Assembly (NCBI GenBank): GCA_050008575.1 | Contig: JBEKMJ010000029.1 | Location: 16,872 to 80,871 of the forward strand | DNA length: 64,000 bases | Source: Bryobacteraceae bacterium | GTDB taxonomy: Bacteria; Acidobacteriota; Terriglobia; Bryobacterales; Bryobacteraceae | Reading direction: 5' to 3' | Shown here: positions 30,363-39,615 of the stretch, one piece after another | How positions within the stretch are numbered: the first letter of the stretch is position 1 | Layout: every line of letters starts with the position of its first letter | The notes under the pieces: generated by a model | Databases searched by the model: none | Seen by the model: the letters and a program-made list of their open reading frames with translations, nothing else | What the model was told of the DNA's origin: nothing | Position numbers and translations under genes: made by a program

Positions 30363-30388
30363 TCTGTAGGCTACCAAAAGGAACGAAA

Positions 30389-30736
30389 ATGCCCCCGGAT
30401 AAACCGGACGTCCTACACGGCTCGCTGGTGCTGATGGTGCTGCGGACGCTCGACAGCCTGGGTCCGCAACACGGCTGGGGAATCGCCCGCCGCATCGAGC
30501 AGACCAGCGGGGATGTCCTGGAGTTGAACCAGGGTTCGCTCTATCCCGCGCTGCTGCGTCTCGAACAGTTGGGTTGGATCGCCTCCCAATGGGGCACTTC
30601 GGAAAACAACCGGCGGGCCAAATTCTACTCCATCACCCGCGCAGGCAAGAAACAACTGGCCGCGGAAACCGAAAACTGGGAGCGCATCTCCGGCATAATC
30701 GGCCGCTTTCTCCGGCCTGGCGGCGTGGCGTCATGA
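30389..30736 (+). CDS. PadR-family transcriptional regulator
   Basis: 'LVLMVLRTLDSLGPQHGWGIARRIEQTSGDVLELNQGSLYPALLRLEQLGWI' is a typical PadR winged helix. Confidence 0.9.
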   Translation: MPPDKPDVLHGSLVLMVLRTLDSLGPQHGWGIARRIEQTSGDVLELNQGSLYPALLRLEQLGWIASQWGTSENNRRAKFYSITRAGKKQLAAETENWERISGIIGRFLRPGGVAS

Positions 30737-33396
30737 GGCATTTGCGGGTTCTGTGGCGCCGGTTCGCCGGAATGCTTTCGAAAAACCGTGTGGAGCGCGA
30801 CCTGGAGGACGAACTCGCCTTCCATCTCCAAATGGAAACCGCCGAATTGATTCGCCGCGGCATGCCGCCGGAAGAAGCGCGCTGCTCGGCCCTACGCCGG
30901 TTCGGAGGTATCGCGCGCACCAAAGAAATCTATCGCGAAACCGGGGGATTTCCCATGATCGAAGTGTTTTGGCGGGATGTGCGGTTTGCTTTAAGGATGC
31001 TGCGGCGCAATCCGGGCTTTTCTCTGTTGGCGATTCTTTGCCTCACGTTGGGCATCGGCGCCAATGCCACTGTCTTCAGTTGGATCGAAGGCATTCTCTT
31101 GCGTCCGTTTCCTCTCGTCACCCAGCAGGAGCGCATGATGGCAGTCACGGGAACCAATCGCGGCGTGGCTGGGCACGACGATGTCTCTTGGCCCGATTAC
31201 CAGGATTTCGCGAAAAATTGCACGCTGTTCGACGCATTCATCGTCGATCGCATCACCGGCATCGCGCTCAGCGTCGGCGACCGCGCGGAGCGTGCTCCAG
31301 CCAGCATTGTCTCATCGAACTACTTCGACGCCTTGGGTGTCCATCCGATCCTGGGCCGCGGCTTCGAACCGGCCGAGGACATCGGGCGCAATGCGCATCC
31401 CGTTACGGTGATCGGCTACCAGGTGTGGCGGGAGCGCTACCACGGCGACCCGCGCATCGTCGGGAAGGCCCTGATGCTGAACGGCCTGCCGCACACCATC
31501 GTCGGAGTGGCTCCGGAAAATTTTCACGGTACGTTCGTCGGTTGGGCGATGCAATTCTGGCTGCCACTCTCCATGCAGGAACTGTTCGACCCAGGCGGGT
31601 ACAAGCTCGAAGACCGCGGCGCGCGCTGGATCGAGGGTTTTGTGCGCCTCAAGCCCGGCGTCAGTCCCACGAGGGCGCAGTCCGAGATCTCCGCCGTGGC
31701 CAAGCGCCTGGAGGACGCCTATCCGGCCACCAACCGCGGCCGCGGCGTTCGGCTTTATCCCCTCTGGCAAACACCGTTCAACAATGCCGGCACGCTGCTT
31801 CCGACGCTCAAAATCTCGCTGGCTGTCGCCATCGCGGTGCTGCTGATCGCCTGCGCCAACGTCAGTAACCTGCTGCTGCTCCGATCCTTTCGGCGCCGGC
31901 ATGAAATGGCCGTGCGTCTGGCCATCGGCTCCGCGCGCCGCCGTCTCTTCGCACAGCTTTTCACGGAGGGATTTATTCTGGCGGCTTTCGCCGCGGCCAG
32001 CGGATTCGCTCTGGCATACACGTGCCGCAACCTTTTGGTGCTGCTCCTTCCGGCCCGGGGCGGCGTTTCCATGTATCTGCCCGGCGGGTTGGATTGGCGC
32101 GTCCTCGCACTGAGCGCCGGAGTTTGCGCGGTCTCCACGCTGCTGTTCGCGCTGGTTCCCGCCCTTCAGGCGAGCGATATCGATCTGGCCGGCGCCATGC
32201 GGGCCGAATCCGGCGGCGTGGTTGGCGGAGGACGGCGGGCGCTGCTGCGCTCCAGTTTGGTGCAGGTGCAGGTGGCGCTCAGCTTCGTGCTGCTCGTGGG
32301 AACCGGCCTACTGATGCGGAGTCTCCGCGCTGTCGAGGCCACCAACCCTGGCTTCTCAACTGCGAACGTGCTGGCAACCACCATCGACTTTGCGGCGGCG
32401 GGATACAACCGCGATCGCACGCGAAACTTTCAGGAACTGCTCGTCGATCGCCTTCAATCGCTGGCAGGAGTGCAATCGGCGGCCTTCACCGGTCTCGCGC
32501 CCTTCACCGTGCGCAGCTATCAGTCCGCATCGATCGCGGTGGAAGGTTATGAGGCGCCGCCGGATCGACAGATTACCGTCGAATCCGTCGGGGTGGGCCC
32601 CTCCTACTTCGCCACGATGGGAATCCCTCTGGTCGCGGGCCGGGAGTTCGCCCGCACCGATACCGGCGCCGCTCCCCCCGTGGCGGTCGTCAATGAGATG
32701 ATGGCGTCGCAGTACTGGAAGGGCCTCGATCCGGTCGGCCGCCGCTTTCAAGCCAAAGGCCAATGGCTGCGGGTGGTAGGGATTGCGCGGATGTCGAAGT
32801 ACCGGAACCTCACCGAAATCCCCCAGCCATTTTATTACACGCCGCTGCTCCAGACCGGCGGGGGGTCCGGATTGGAGGTGCGTACGGCTCTTCCGCCCGA
32901 AACCTTGACGAAGGCGTTGCGCAGCGAAATCCAAAAACTCGATGCCAATCTGATTCTCGGTGAAGTAATCACCATGCGCGAACAGGTGGATCGCACCACC
33001 GCGTTCCGGAGGACCGCCCTCGGCATGTTCGCCCTGTTCGGTGGATTGGCCCTTCTGCTGGCTGCGATCGGCCTATACGGCGTGATGTCCTACACGGTTT
33101 CGCAGCGTATGCGCGAGTTCGGACTGCGCATGGCGTTGGGCGCGGACACCGCGGACCTCTTGCGCGGCGTCGTCCGGCATGGACTGAAGCTCACCGCCGC
33201 CGGCATCCTCCTGGGTATCGCCCTCGCGATGGTGGTCACACAGCTCGTCGCCAATCTTCTGTACCATGTAAGCCCGCGCGATCCGTTAACCTTTGCAGCG
33301 GCGGGCGCGGTCATGGCGATCGCCTCCCTGGCGGCGTGTCTTGTGCCGGCCTGGCGTGCCTCGCAAACCGACCCGGTTCGCGCCCTCCGTACATAA
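30733..33396 (+). CDS. ADOP-family (acidobacterial duplicated orphan permease) MacB/FtsX-type ABC permease
   Basis: 'LEDELAFHLQMETAELIRRGMPPEEARCSALRRFGG' is a typical ADOP N-terminus. Two FtsX-type 4-TM modules are present. The ATG overlaps the padR stop (ATGA), and no adjacent ATPase gene is present. Confidence 0.9.
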   Translation: MRHLRVLWRRFAGMLSKNRVERDLEDELAFHLQMETAELIRRGMPPEEARCSALRRFGGIARTKEIYRETGGFPMIEVFWRDVRFALRMLRRNPGFSLLAILCLTLGIGANATVFSWIEGILLRPFPLVTQQERMMAVTGTNRGVAGHDDVSWPDYQDFAKNCTLFDAFIVDRITGIALSVGDRAERAPASIVSSNYFDALGVHPILGRGFEPAEDIGRNAHPVTVIGYQVWRERYHGDPRIVGKALMLNGLPHTIVGVAPENFHGTFVGWAMQFWLPLSMQELFDPGGYKLEDRGARWIEGFVRLKPGVSPTRAQSEISAVAKRLEDAYPATNRGRGVRLYPLWQTPFNNAGTLLPTLKISLAVAIAVLLIACANVSNLLLLRSFRRRHEMAVRLAIGSARRRLFAQLFTEGFILAAFAAASGFALAYTCRNLLVLLLPARGGVSMYLPGGLDWRVLALSAGVCAVSTLLFALVPALQASDIDLAGAMRAESGGVVGGGRRALLRSSLVQVQVALSFVLLVGTGLLMRSLRAVEATNPGFSTANVLATTIDFAAAGYNRDRTRNFQELLVDRLQSLAGVQSAAFTGLAPFTVRSYQSASIAVEGYEAPPDRQITVESVGVGPSYFATMGIPLVAGREFARTDTGAAPPVAVVNEMMASQYWKGLDPVGRRFQAKGQWLRVVGIARMSKYRNLTEIPQPFYYTPLLQTGGGSGLEVRTALPPETLTKALRSEIQKLDANLILGEVITMREQVDRTTAFRRTALGMFALFGGLALLLAAIGLYGVMSYTVSQRMREFGLRMALGADTADLLRGVVRHGLKLTAAGILLGIALAMVVTQLVANLLYHVSPRDPLTFAAAGAVMAIASLAACLVPAWRASQTDPVRALRT

Positions 33397-33629
33397 TCGG
33401 TCATACCGCCCTGTCGCGGATTGACAGCGGCAGGAACTTCGCGCCCGGCACCCTGCCAGCCAACCGATGGCCGAAAACCACGTAGCGCCCAAGTCTGTCG
33501 CCGGCGCCCGCCGATTTCATCGGCACGACTCACGCTTGACCGCCATAGGGACGCTTCATAGAGATGGCAGTCTCCTCCGCGATCAAGACCGAGCGCCCTT
33601 CGGCGGCCAACTCCTGGCCTGCGATGAAG

Positions 33630-34052
33630 CTAGTCGGCCCGCTTGCCGCTCGCTCGCCGGGGCTTCGGCTTGCCCTTGAGATTGAGCGCCACTGCGGCGC
33701 GGATGAGATCCTTCAGGGCCACTTCATCGACCTGGTCGCCTTCGTGGATGTCGATGGCGCGCCTGGCATTCCCGTCGAGGCTGGAGTTGAATAAACCTGA
33801 AGGGTCCTGCAACCGAGCTCCCTTGGCAAATGTCATCTTGACCACGTTCTTGTACGTCTCTCCCGTCGAGACGATGCCGCCGTGGGACCAGACGGGAGTC
33901 CCCATCCACTTCCACTCTTCTACGATCTCAGGGTCTGCCTCGTGTATGATTTCCCGCACTATCGCGAGCGTCTTCCCGCGCCAGTCCCCAAGTTCCTTGA
34001 TCTTCCGGTCGATTAGTGCAGAGGCGGATTCCACCGGGACGGGCCTTTTCAT
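33630..34052 (-). CDS. DUF1801 (YdhG-like) domain protein
   Basis: 'GDWRGKTLAIVREIIHEADPEIVEEWKWMGTPVWSHGGIV...KMTFAKGA' fits the DUF1801 pattern. Confidence 0.75.
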   Translation of the reverse strand: MKRPVPVESASALIDRKIKELGDWRGKTLAIVREIIHEADPEIVEEWKWMGTPVWSHGGIVSTGETYKNVVKMTFAKGARLQDPSGLFNSSLDGNARRAIDIHEGDQVDEVALKDLIRAAVALNLKGKPKPRRASGKRAD

Positions 34053-34290
34053 GTACACCTCCAACTCTCGCGCCTATTTTAGCTGCGCTCAGCGTAACCT
34101 GCACCCTCCGCAAGTGGAAGCCTCTTCTGGTTCGATAGCCGTTCGGAAAGACGGTTACAACTGTACCCTGGCTCCCATCGGCTTCAAAGGGAGCCCACTC
34201 GCGCATATGTGCTGAGTCGGCTAGCGCCTGCCGGCCGGCTCCACACTCGTCCTATGACACAGTGAATCCGACGATTCGCTTTGCATCAGG

Positions 34291-36552
34291 TTAATTCCGT
34301 ATATACTCACTGGTCAGCGAATTCTTTGCAGTGAGCAACTGCTTGGGCGTGCCTTCGAACATGACCTTGCCGCCCTTGGTGCCGCCTTCGGGGCCCATAT
34401 CGACGACCCAGTCCGCATTTTTGATCACCCTGGTGTTGTGTTCGATCACAATCACCGTGTTGCCGGCGTCCACCAGCCGGTTCATGATCTCCAGCAGGTG
34501 ACTGAGATCCGACATGTGTAAACCGGTGGTGGGCTCGTCCAGCACATAGATGCTGCCTTGTTTGTGCAGCTCACTCGCCAGTTTGATGCGCTGGCATTCG
34601 CCACCGGAGAGCGTGCTCAACGGCTGACCCAGGGTCAGGTAATCGAGGCCGACGTCGCTCATGGCCTGTAGCTTGCTCGCGATCTTGTCGATCTTGAAGT
34701 ACTCGAGCGCCTGGCTGACAGTCATTTCCAGCACATCGTTGATCGATTTTCCGTTGAGCTTGTATGCCAGCACTTCATCTTTAAATCGTTTGCCCTCGCA
34801 GATCTCACATGGCGACTTGACCTCGCCCATCGCGGGGATCTCCGTGTAGATCACGCCCAGTCCCAGGCAGTTCTCGCAGGCGCCTTCCGAATTGAAGCTG
34901 AACAGCGACGGGCTCACCTTGTTCGCGGCCGCGAAGGCCTTGCGCACCTCGTCCATGATGCCGGTATAGGTGCCGGGATTGGACCGGATCGAGACACCCA
35001 CGGGGGACTGGTCGATCACAATGGAGTCCGGGTGTTGACGGAGAAAGGTCTGATGAATTAGCGAGCTCTTCCCCGAACCTGCCACACCTGTGATCGCCGT
35101 GAGTACGCCCTTCGGGATGTCCACGCTCACGTTCTGCAAGTTGTTGGCTTTTGCATTCTTGATGGGCAGTTTTCCACTGGGGGAACGGAAATCGCTTTTG
35201 ATTGAAACCGACTGTTTCAGATATTTTCCGGTCAGTGTGTCCGCGCTCAACAGGTTCTTGAACGGACCTTCGTACATGACCTGGCCGCCCCGGCTTCCCG
35301 CATGCGGGCCCAGGTCCACGATATGGTCGGCCACTTTAATGACATCGGGATCGTGTTCCACCACGAGTACCGTATTTCCCCGATCGCGCAATTGTTGAAG
35401 CAGTTCATTCAAACGATGCACATCGCGCGGGTGCAGACCCACGCTGGGCTCGTCGAACACATACATCGCGTCCACCAGGCTGCTGCTCAGGTGCTTGACG
35501 ATCTTCACGCGCTGCGATTCGCCGCCGGAGAGCGTGTCCGTTTCACGATTTAAGGCGAGATATTCGAGGCCGATATCCACCAGATATTGCAGGCGCTGGA
35601 TCAGTGTTTTCAAAATGGGTGCGACTTTCGGTTCCGCGATCGCCTGGATCACGCCGATCAACCGGTCCACTTCCATCGCGGCCAGCTCGGCGATGTTGTA
35701 TCCGCCGATCTTGCACTTCAGCACTTCCTGACTTAAGCGCGCGCCCTTGCACACCGTACACGGCGCCATCGTGATGTAAGGCGCCACCGCCTTTTGTGTA
35801 CGTTCCGACATGGTCTTCAGGTCGCGCGTGATGTACTTGGCGGTAAATCTGGCGATGATGCCTTCACACGTCAAATTGAAGGTCTTGCCTCCGACATTTG
35901 TTTTCAACTTATATGGTTTGCTGTACAAAAGCAGTTCCATTTCCTTTTCGCTGAACTTCGAAAGCTTCTTGTCCATATCGAAGAGTTTCGACCGGCCGAG
36001 GAAGTTCCAGCCCCAACTGTCGACCGCATATTCACCGAATAGGATCGCGCCTTCGTTCAGCGATTTGGATTTATCGAGGAACAGATCCACGTCCACGCCC
36101 ATCTTGCGGCCGAGGCCGTTGCAGTTCGGGCACATGCCCTTTGGGTCGTTGAAGGAAAAGACATTCGCATGTCCCACATGGGGTTTGCCGATGTGGGAAT
36201 ACAACCGGCGCAGCACCGGGTAGATGTCGGTGATGGTGCCCATCGTCGAATGAGATCCGCCGCCGAGCCGTTTCTGGTCCACCACGATCGGCATGCTCAG
36301 GTTCTCAATAGCGTCGGCGTCGGGTTGGGAGTAGCGCGGCAGGAAGGTGCGGATGAACATGCTGAAATTCTCGTTCATCTGGCGTTGCGCCTCGGTCGCG
36401 AGGGTATCGAAGACGATCGACGATTTGCCGGAACCCGAGACGCCGGTGAAGATGGTGATCTTGCGTTTGGGGATGCGCAGCGAGACGTTCTTCAGGTTGT
36501 TCTCCCGGGCGCCGCGGATTTCGATGTATTCCTGGGGCATGGTTTTCTCCAC
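34291..36552 (-). CDS. UvrA paralogue (short, ~750-aa class; double ABC ATPase with zinc modules)
   Basis: 'IEIRGARENNLKNVSLRIPKRKITIFTGVSGSGKSS', a second Walker A 'GVAGSGKSSL', signatures 'LSGGESQR' and 'LSGGECQR', and CxxC pairs ('CPNCNGLG', 'CTVCKGAR', 'CENCLGLG', 'CEICEGKR'). It is about 190 aa shorter than canonical UvrA and visibly AT-richer than its surroundings. Confidence 0.9.
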   Translation of the reverse strand: MEKTMPQEYIEIRGARENNLKNVSLRIPKRKITIFTGVSGSGKSSIVFDTLATEAQRQMNENFSMFIRTFLPRYSQPDADAIENLSMPIVVDQKRLGGGSHSTMGTITDIYPVLRRLYSHIGKPHVGHANVFSFNDPKGMCPNCNGLGRKMGVDVDLFLDKSKSLNEGAILFGEYAVDSWGWNFLGRSKLFDMDKKLSKFSEKEMELLLYSKPYKLKTNVGGKTFNLTCEGIIARFTAKYITRDLKTMSERTQKAVAPYITMAPCTVCKGARLSQEVLKCKIGGYNIAELAAMEVDRLIGVIQAIAEPKVAPILKTLIQRLQYLVDIGLEYLALNRETDTLSGGESQRVKIVKHLSSSLVDAMYVFDEPSVGLHPRDVHRLNELLQQLRDRGNTVLVVEHDPDVIKVADHIVDLGPHAGSRGGQVMYEGPFKNLLSADTLTGKYLKQSVSIKSDFRSPSGKLPIKNAKANNLQNVSVDIPKGVLTAITGVAGSGKSSLIHQTFLRQHPDSIVIDQSPVGVSIRSNPGTYTGIMDEVRKAFAAANKVSPSLFSFNSEGACENCLGLGVIYTEIPAMGEVKSPCEICEGKRFKDEVLAYKLNGKSINDVLEMTVSQALEYFKIDKIASKLQAMSDVGLDYLTLGQPLSTLSGGECQRIKLASELHKQGSIYVLDEPTTGLHMSDLSHLLEIMNRLVDAGNTVIVIEHNTRVIKNADWVVDMGPEGGTKGGKVMFEGTPKQLLTAKNSLTSEYIRN

Positions 36553-36565
36553 GATTTGATATTTT

Positions 36566-37698
36566 AATTGATTCGTCAGAAGAATCTGTGCGTGAGCTCC
36601 GGCTCGGGCAGTTTGCCAAGCGAATGATAGAGCGCCAGTTCGGCGGCTCGGAAGGTTCGGAACCCATAGGATTTCCTCATAGTGACTTTGCTTTGCTGTT
36701 CAGACCCTCGATTACGCCGCTCGAGAACTCCTTCCGGGCGCGAAAATAGTTGAGTTCGCGGTGGGCGCGTAATGTTCTGGCAACTTTCTTCATCGGCTCG
36801 ATCCGCGAGCGCATCACTTGGCCACACCATTGGTCGAGGAACTTGGCTGCCCAGGCGGTCCACTCGTAATTCCAGAGTTGCTGGAAGTCTTCTGGTTGGC
36901 GGTGAGATTCGCCGGCCGGTTGAGAAGGCACCAGCGGGATTTGGTCAGGACGGAACCGGTCGAGGATGTTGAGGGCGTGGGCACATTTTTCGCGAATCAC
37001 ACCCAAATACGGTTTCCACATGTCCGAGTAGACGAATTCGATCTTCGCCGACACCTCCGGGCCAATCATGGTAAAGAATTCCGTGAAGGTTTTCACGGTC
37101 CGTTCCTTGCCCATCCACAGCAGCCGGGTACAGCCCAGATCGACCTGATACACCAAGGTCATATATTTTGTGCCCTTGGCCGCGCCCAATGGCGCGAATG
37201 GCCCCCAGGACGCGATGCTCCAGCCCCCAGGTGACCAGATACGCCACCGCGTCGTGGACCTTATCCAGGAAGTGCGAAACTCTTCGGCGGTTTCCTTCCA
37301 GGAGAGTTTGCGCGCCCAATGCCCCAGGAAATGCATGTGAACCTTGGTGGAACTGTGGTTGCCCATGCCCCATGGCACTTCTTCGACCAGCACCCCGCAT
37401 TGTTTGCAGTTCACCCGTCGCATGCAATAGACCAGAAAAACCGGATAGCCTCAGAAGCCGATGAACTCAAACCGTCGCGGTGTGGGAGACTGGTCGTAGC
37501 CCGGGGCGGGTTGATGACACCTGAACATATGGCTGCGGATCGTTTCCGCGGTCGTACCGGAATGAGAATGGCCTGTTCGTCTTCGGCGAAACGGGCTTGC
37601 CCGTAGACAAATCCCGGGATGGGATGGCACTGGTTCAGAATCCTGGGAAGGCGCATGAATTGACCGGGGCGACACGAAGATGAAGACGAATTCCAATT
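36566..37698 (-). mobile_element. Decayed ISL3-family insertion sequence (transposase pseudogene 36576-37656 with frameshifts and an internal deletion)
   Basis: The transposase is readable only by frame-hopping: 'MRLPRILNQCHPIPGFVYGQARFAEDEQAILIPVRPRKRSAAICSG' / 'CHQPAPGYDQSPTPRRFEFI' / 'MRRVNCKQCGVLVEEVPWG...' / 'DKVHDAVAYLVTWGLEHRVLG' / '...SSGVIEGLNSKAK' / 'TMRKSYGFRTFRAAELALYHSLGKLPEPELTHRFF'. Tentative terminal inverted repeats are AATTGATTCGTC (36566-36577) and GACGAATTCCAATT (37685-37698). Confidence 0.75.
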
Positions 37699-38009
37699 CT
37701 CCCCCATCGACGCCCCCCGCGCTATTGCCATACTGCCGCGACTGCCGCGATCTTTCGGAGTGGCCAGAGCGCTGGATGGGCGTGGAAGAAGACCTCCCGC
37801 TAGGTACAAGACTCGTCGAGTGCTTCATGCCCTTCCTTGTTCACCTAGCGGAGTCTGGCCTGTCAAAAAGAACCGTCCAAAACCACGTCGACAATATGTG
37901 GCTGCTTTGCGGAGAGATCATTCGCGACGTGAACGAAGACCCTCATCTGAGGAAGGTTGCCGCGGAACAACTCGTCCGCAATGCAATCCACGAGGACGGC
38001 GCCCCCTAA
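37680..38009 (+). CDS. Hypothetical protein (weak resemblance to an integrase SAM-like/core-binding helix bundle)
   Basis: 109-aa ORF with coding-like composition. 'FMPFLVHLAESGLSKRTVQNHVDNMWLLCGEII' resembles the 'fl.yL...glS..T...y...l' pattern. The start lies in the putative IS end, so this is uncertain. Confidence 0.35.
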   Translation: MKTNSNSPPSTPPALLPYCRDCRDLSEWPERWMGVEEDLPLGTRLVECFMPFLVHLAESGLSKRTVQNHVDNMWLLCGEIIRDVNEDPHLRKVAAEQLVRNAIHEDGAP

Positions 38010-38139
38010 TCCACAACGGCTGGGAAGACGAGCAACGCTCCTTCGACTCCACCTGCCGCAGGTTCCACCGCTTCCTCTCTCAATCCCAGCGCTGAACTTC
38101 GCCGGTTACCCACAGATTCCCCGGACGAGCCATTTATTG

Positions 38140-38589
38140 CTAACTGGAGCGCTTGGCTGTGCGCGCGGTAGTCTGGCTGCGTTTGACCTGCGCGCGGCGG
38201 CGGCCCGTCGCGAGATTCTTGGCCGCTTTGTCCTTAGCCGACTGGCTCACCGCGATGTGGTTCACCACTTTGATGGCGCCGGCGGTTTTGGCCAGCCGCG
38301 TCGCCGTTCCTTTATGTTGCAGCACATCGGTCTGCCCTTCGATGGTGGCGACGCCGCCCTGTACGTGAACCTGGAAATTGTGCGTTGAAATCTTGGACTT
38401 GGCGAACTTCGCGCGAATGGTCTTTTCCAGTTGGGCGTCCGGCATGGACGCCACCTTCGGCATGGCGGACGGCTTCGGCCGCGTCACAGGGGCGGTGAGG
38501 GTTTTCACTTCCGGTCCGGGCTTGGTGGCGGCGTGCGCGATTCCCATGGCAAAACAGAGTCCAAGGCAGAGCGGGGCTATTTTTAGCAT
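38140..38589 (-). CDS. Secreted BON-domain protein
   Basis: Signal '[20 protein letters not shown]'. '[43 protein letters not shown]' is a BON-domain pattern. Confidence 0.8.
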   Translation of the reverse strand: MLKIAPLCLGLCFAMGIAHAATKPGPEVKTLTAPVTRPKPSAMPKVASMPDAQLEKTIRAKFAKSKISTHNFQVHVQGGVATIEGQTDVLQHKGTATRLAKTAGAIKVVNHIAVSQSAKDKAAKNLATGRRRAQVKRSQTTARTAKRSS

Positions 38590-38669
38590 TATCAGGTCTC
38601 CTTAACTTAAAATGTGCCCGCGGCGACGGTTTGCTCTCACGAAACATGCTTCGCGCTATAACAAAGCTG

Positions 38670-39548
38670 ATGCCCATATATGGAGGAATGGAGTGCGGCG
38701 GCACAAAGTTCGTGTGCGCCACCGGCGGCGAAAGCGGCAAACTGCTGGCACGGACCGAGTTTCCAGCTACCATGCCAGCCGAGACGATCGCCCGCGCGCT
38801 GGACTTTTTCCGGGCACAGCCGCACGCGCTGCAGGCGATCGGCATCGGATCGTTCGGTCCCGTGGACCTGGACCGCGCGTCGCCCAAATTCGGCTACATT
38901 ACTTCCACGCCCAAGGCCGGCTGGAGCGATACGGACCTGGCGGGCGCCGTGCACCGGGCCACGGGACTGCCGGTGGGCTTTGACACCGACGTGAACGCCG
39001 CGGCGCTGGGCGAACACCGCTGGGGCGCCGCGCAGGGCCTGGATACTTTTCTTTACCTGACGATCGGCACCGGCGTGGGAGGCGGCGGCATGGCCAACGG
39101 CGGCTTGCTGCACGGCCTGGTGCACCCGGAGATGGGACACATCCGCGTGCCGCGCGACCCGCGCGACGCGGACTTCCCCGGCAACTGCAAGTTCCACCAC
39201 GACTGCCTGGAGGGACTGGTCGCGGGACCCGCGTTGGCGGCCCGCTGGGGACAACCGGGCGAGACGCTGCCGCCCGAGCATCCCGCGTGGGATCTGGAGG
39301 CGCAGTATATCGCGCTGGGACTCGCAACCTGGATCTGCACGCTCTCGCCGCAACGGATCATTTTGGGCGGCGGCGTGATGCGGCAGGCGCACCTGTTTCC
39401 GCGCATCCGGGCAAAAGTGCTGGAGCTGCTGAACGGCTACATCCAGTCCCCCGCAATTCTGGAGCGGATCGAGGAATACGTCGTGCCGCCCGCTTTAGGC
39501 GGCGATGCGGGCGTATTGGGAGCTATCGCGCTGGCGGCCATGGCGTGA
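38670..39548 (+). CDS. ROK-family sugar kinase (fructokinase-like)
   Basis: '[13 protein letters not shown]', '[11 protein letters not shown]', '[10 protein letters not shown]' and the Zn motif 'GHIRV...[10 protein letters not shown]'. Confidence 0.85.
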   Translation: MPIYGGMECGGTKFVCATGGESGKLLARTEFPATMPAETIARALDFFRAQPHALQAIGIGSFGPVDLDRASPKFGYITSTPKAGWSDTDLAGAVHRATGLPVGFDTDVNAAALGEHRWGAAQGLDTFLYLTIGTGVGGGGMANGGLLHGLVHPEMGHIRVPRDPRDADFPGNCKFHHDCLEGLVAGPALAARWGQPGETLPPEHPAWDLEAQYIALGLATWICTLSPQRIILGGGVMRQAHLFPRIRAKVLELLNGYIQSPAILERIEEYVVPPALGGDAGVLGAIALAAMA

Positions 39549-39562
39549 GATACTTCGCTTAG

Positions 39563-39615
39563 GGAACCGCTTATGGAACCGCTTATGGAACCGCATATGG
39601 AACCGCTTATGGAAG
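39563..39615. repeat. 12-nt tandem repeat GGAACCGCTTAT x4.4 at the 5' end of the next gene
   Basis: Copies at 39563, 39575, 39587 (1 mismatch) and 39599, plus a partial copy at 39611. Each junction creates an in-frame ATG (39573, 39585, 39597, 39609). Confidence 0.9.

Noticed and set aside
33397-33629. Possible ABC-ATPase C-terminal remnant on the minus strand ('IAGQELAAEGRSVLIAEETAISMKRPYGGQA')
   Set aside because: It is only ~30 residues of vague similarity with no upstream continuation, which is not enough to call.
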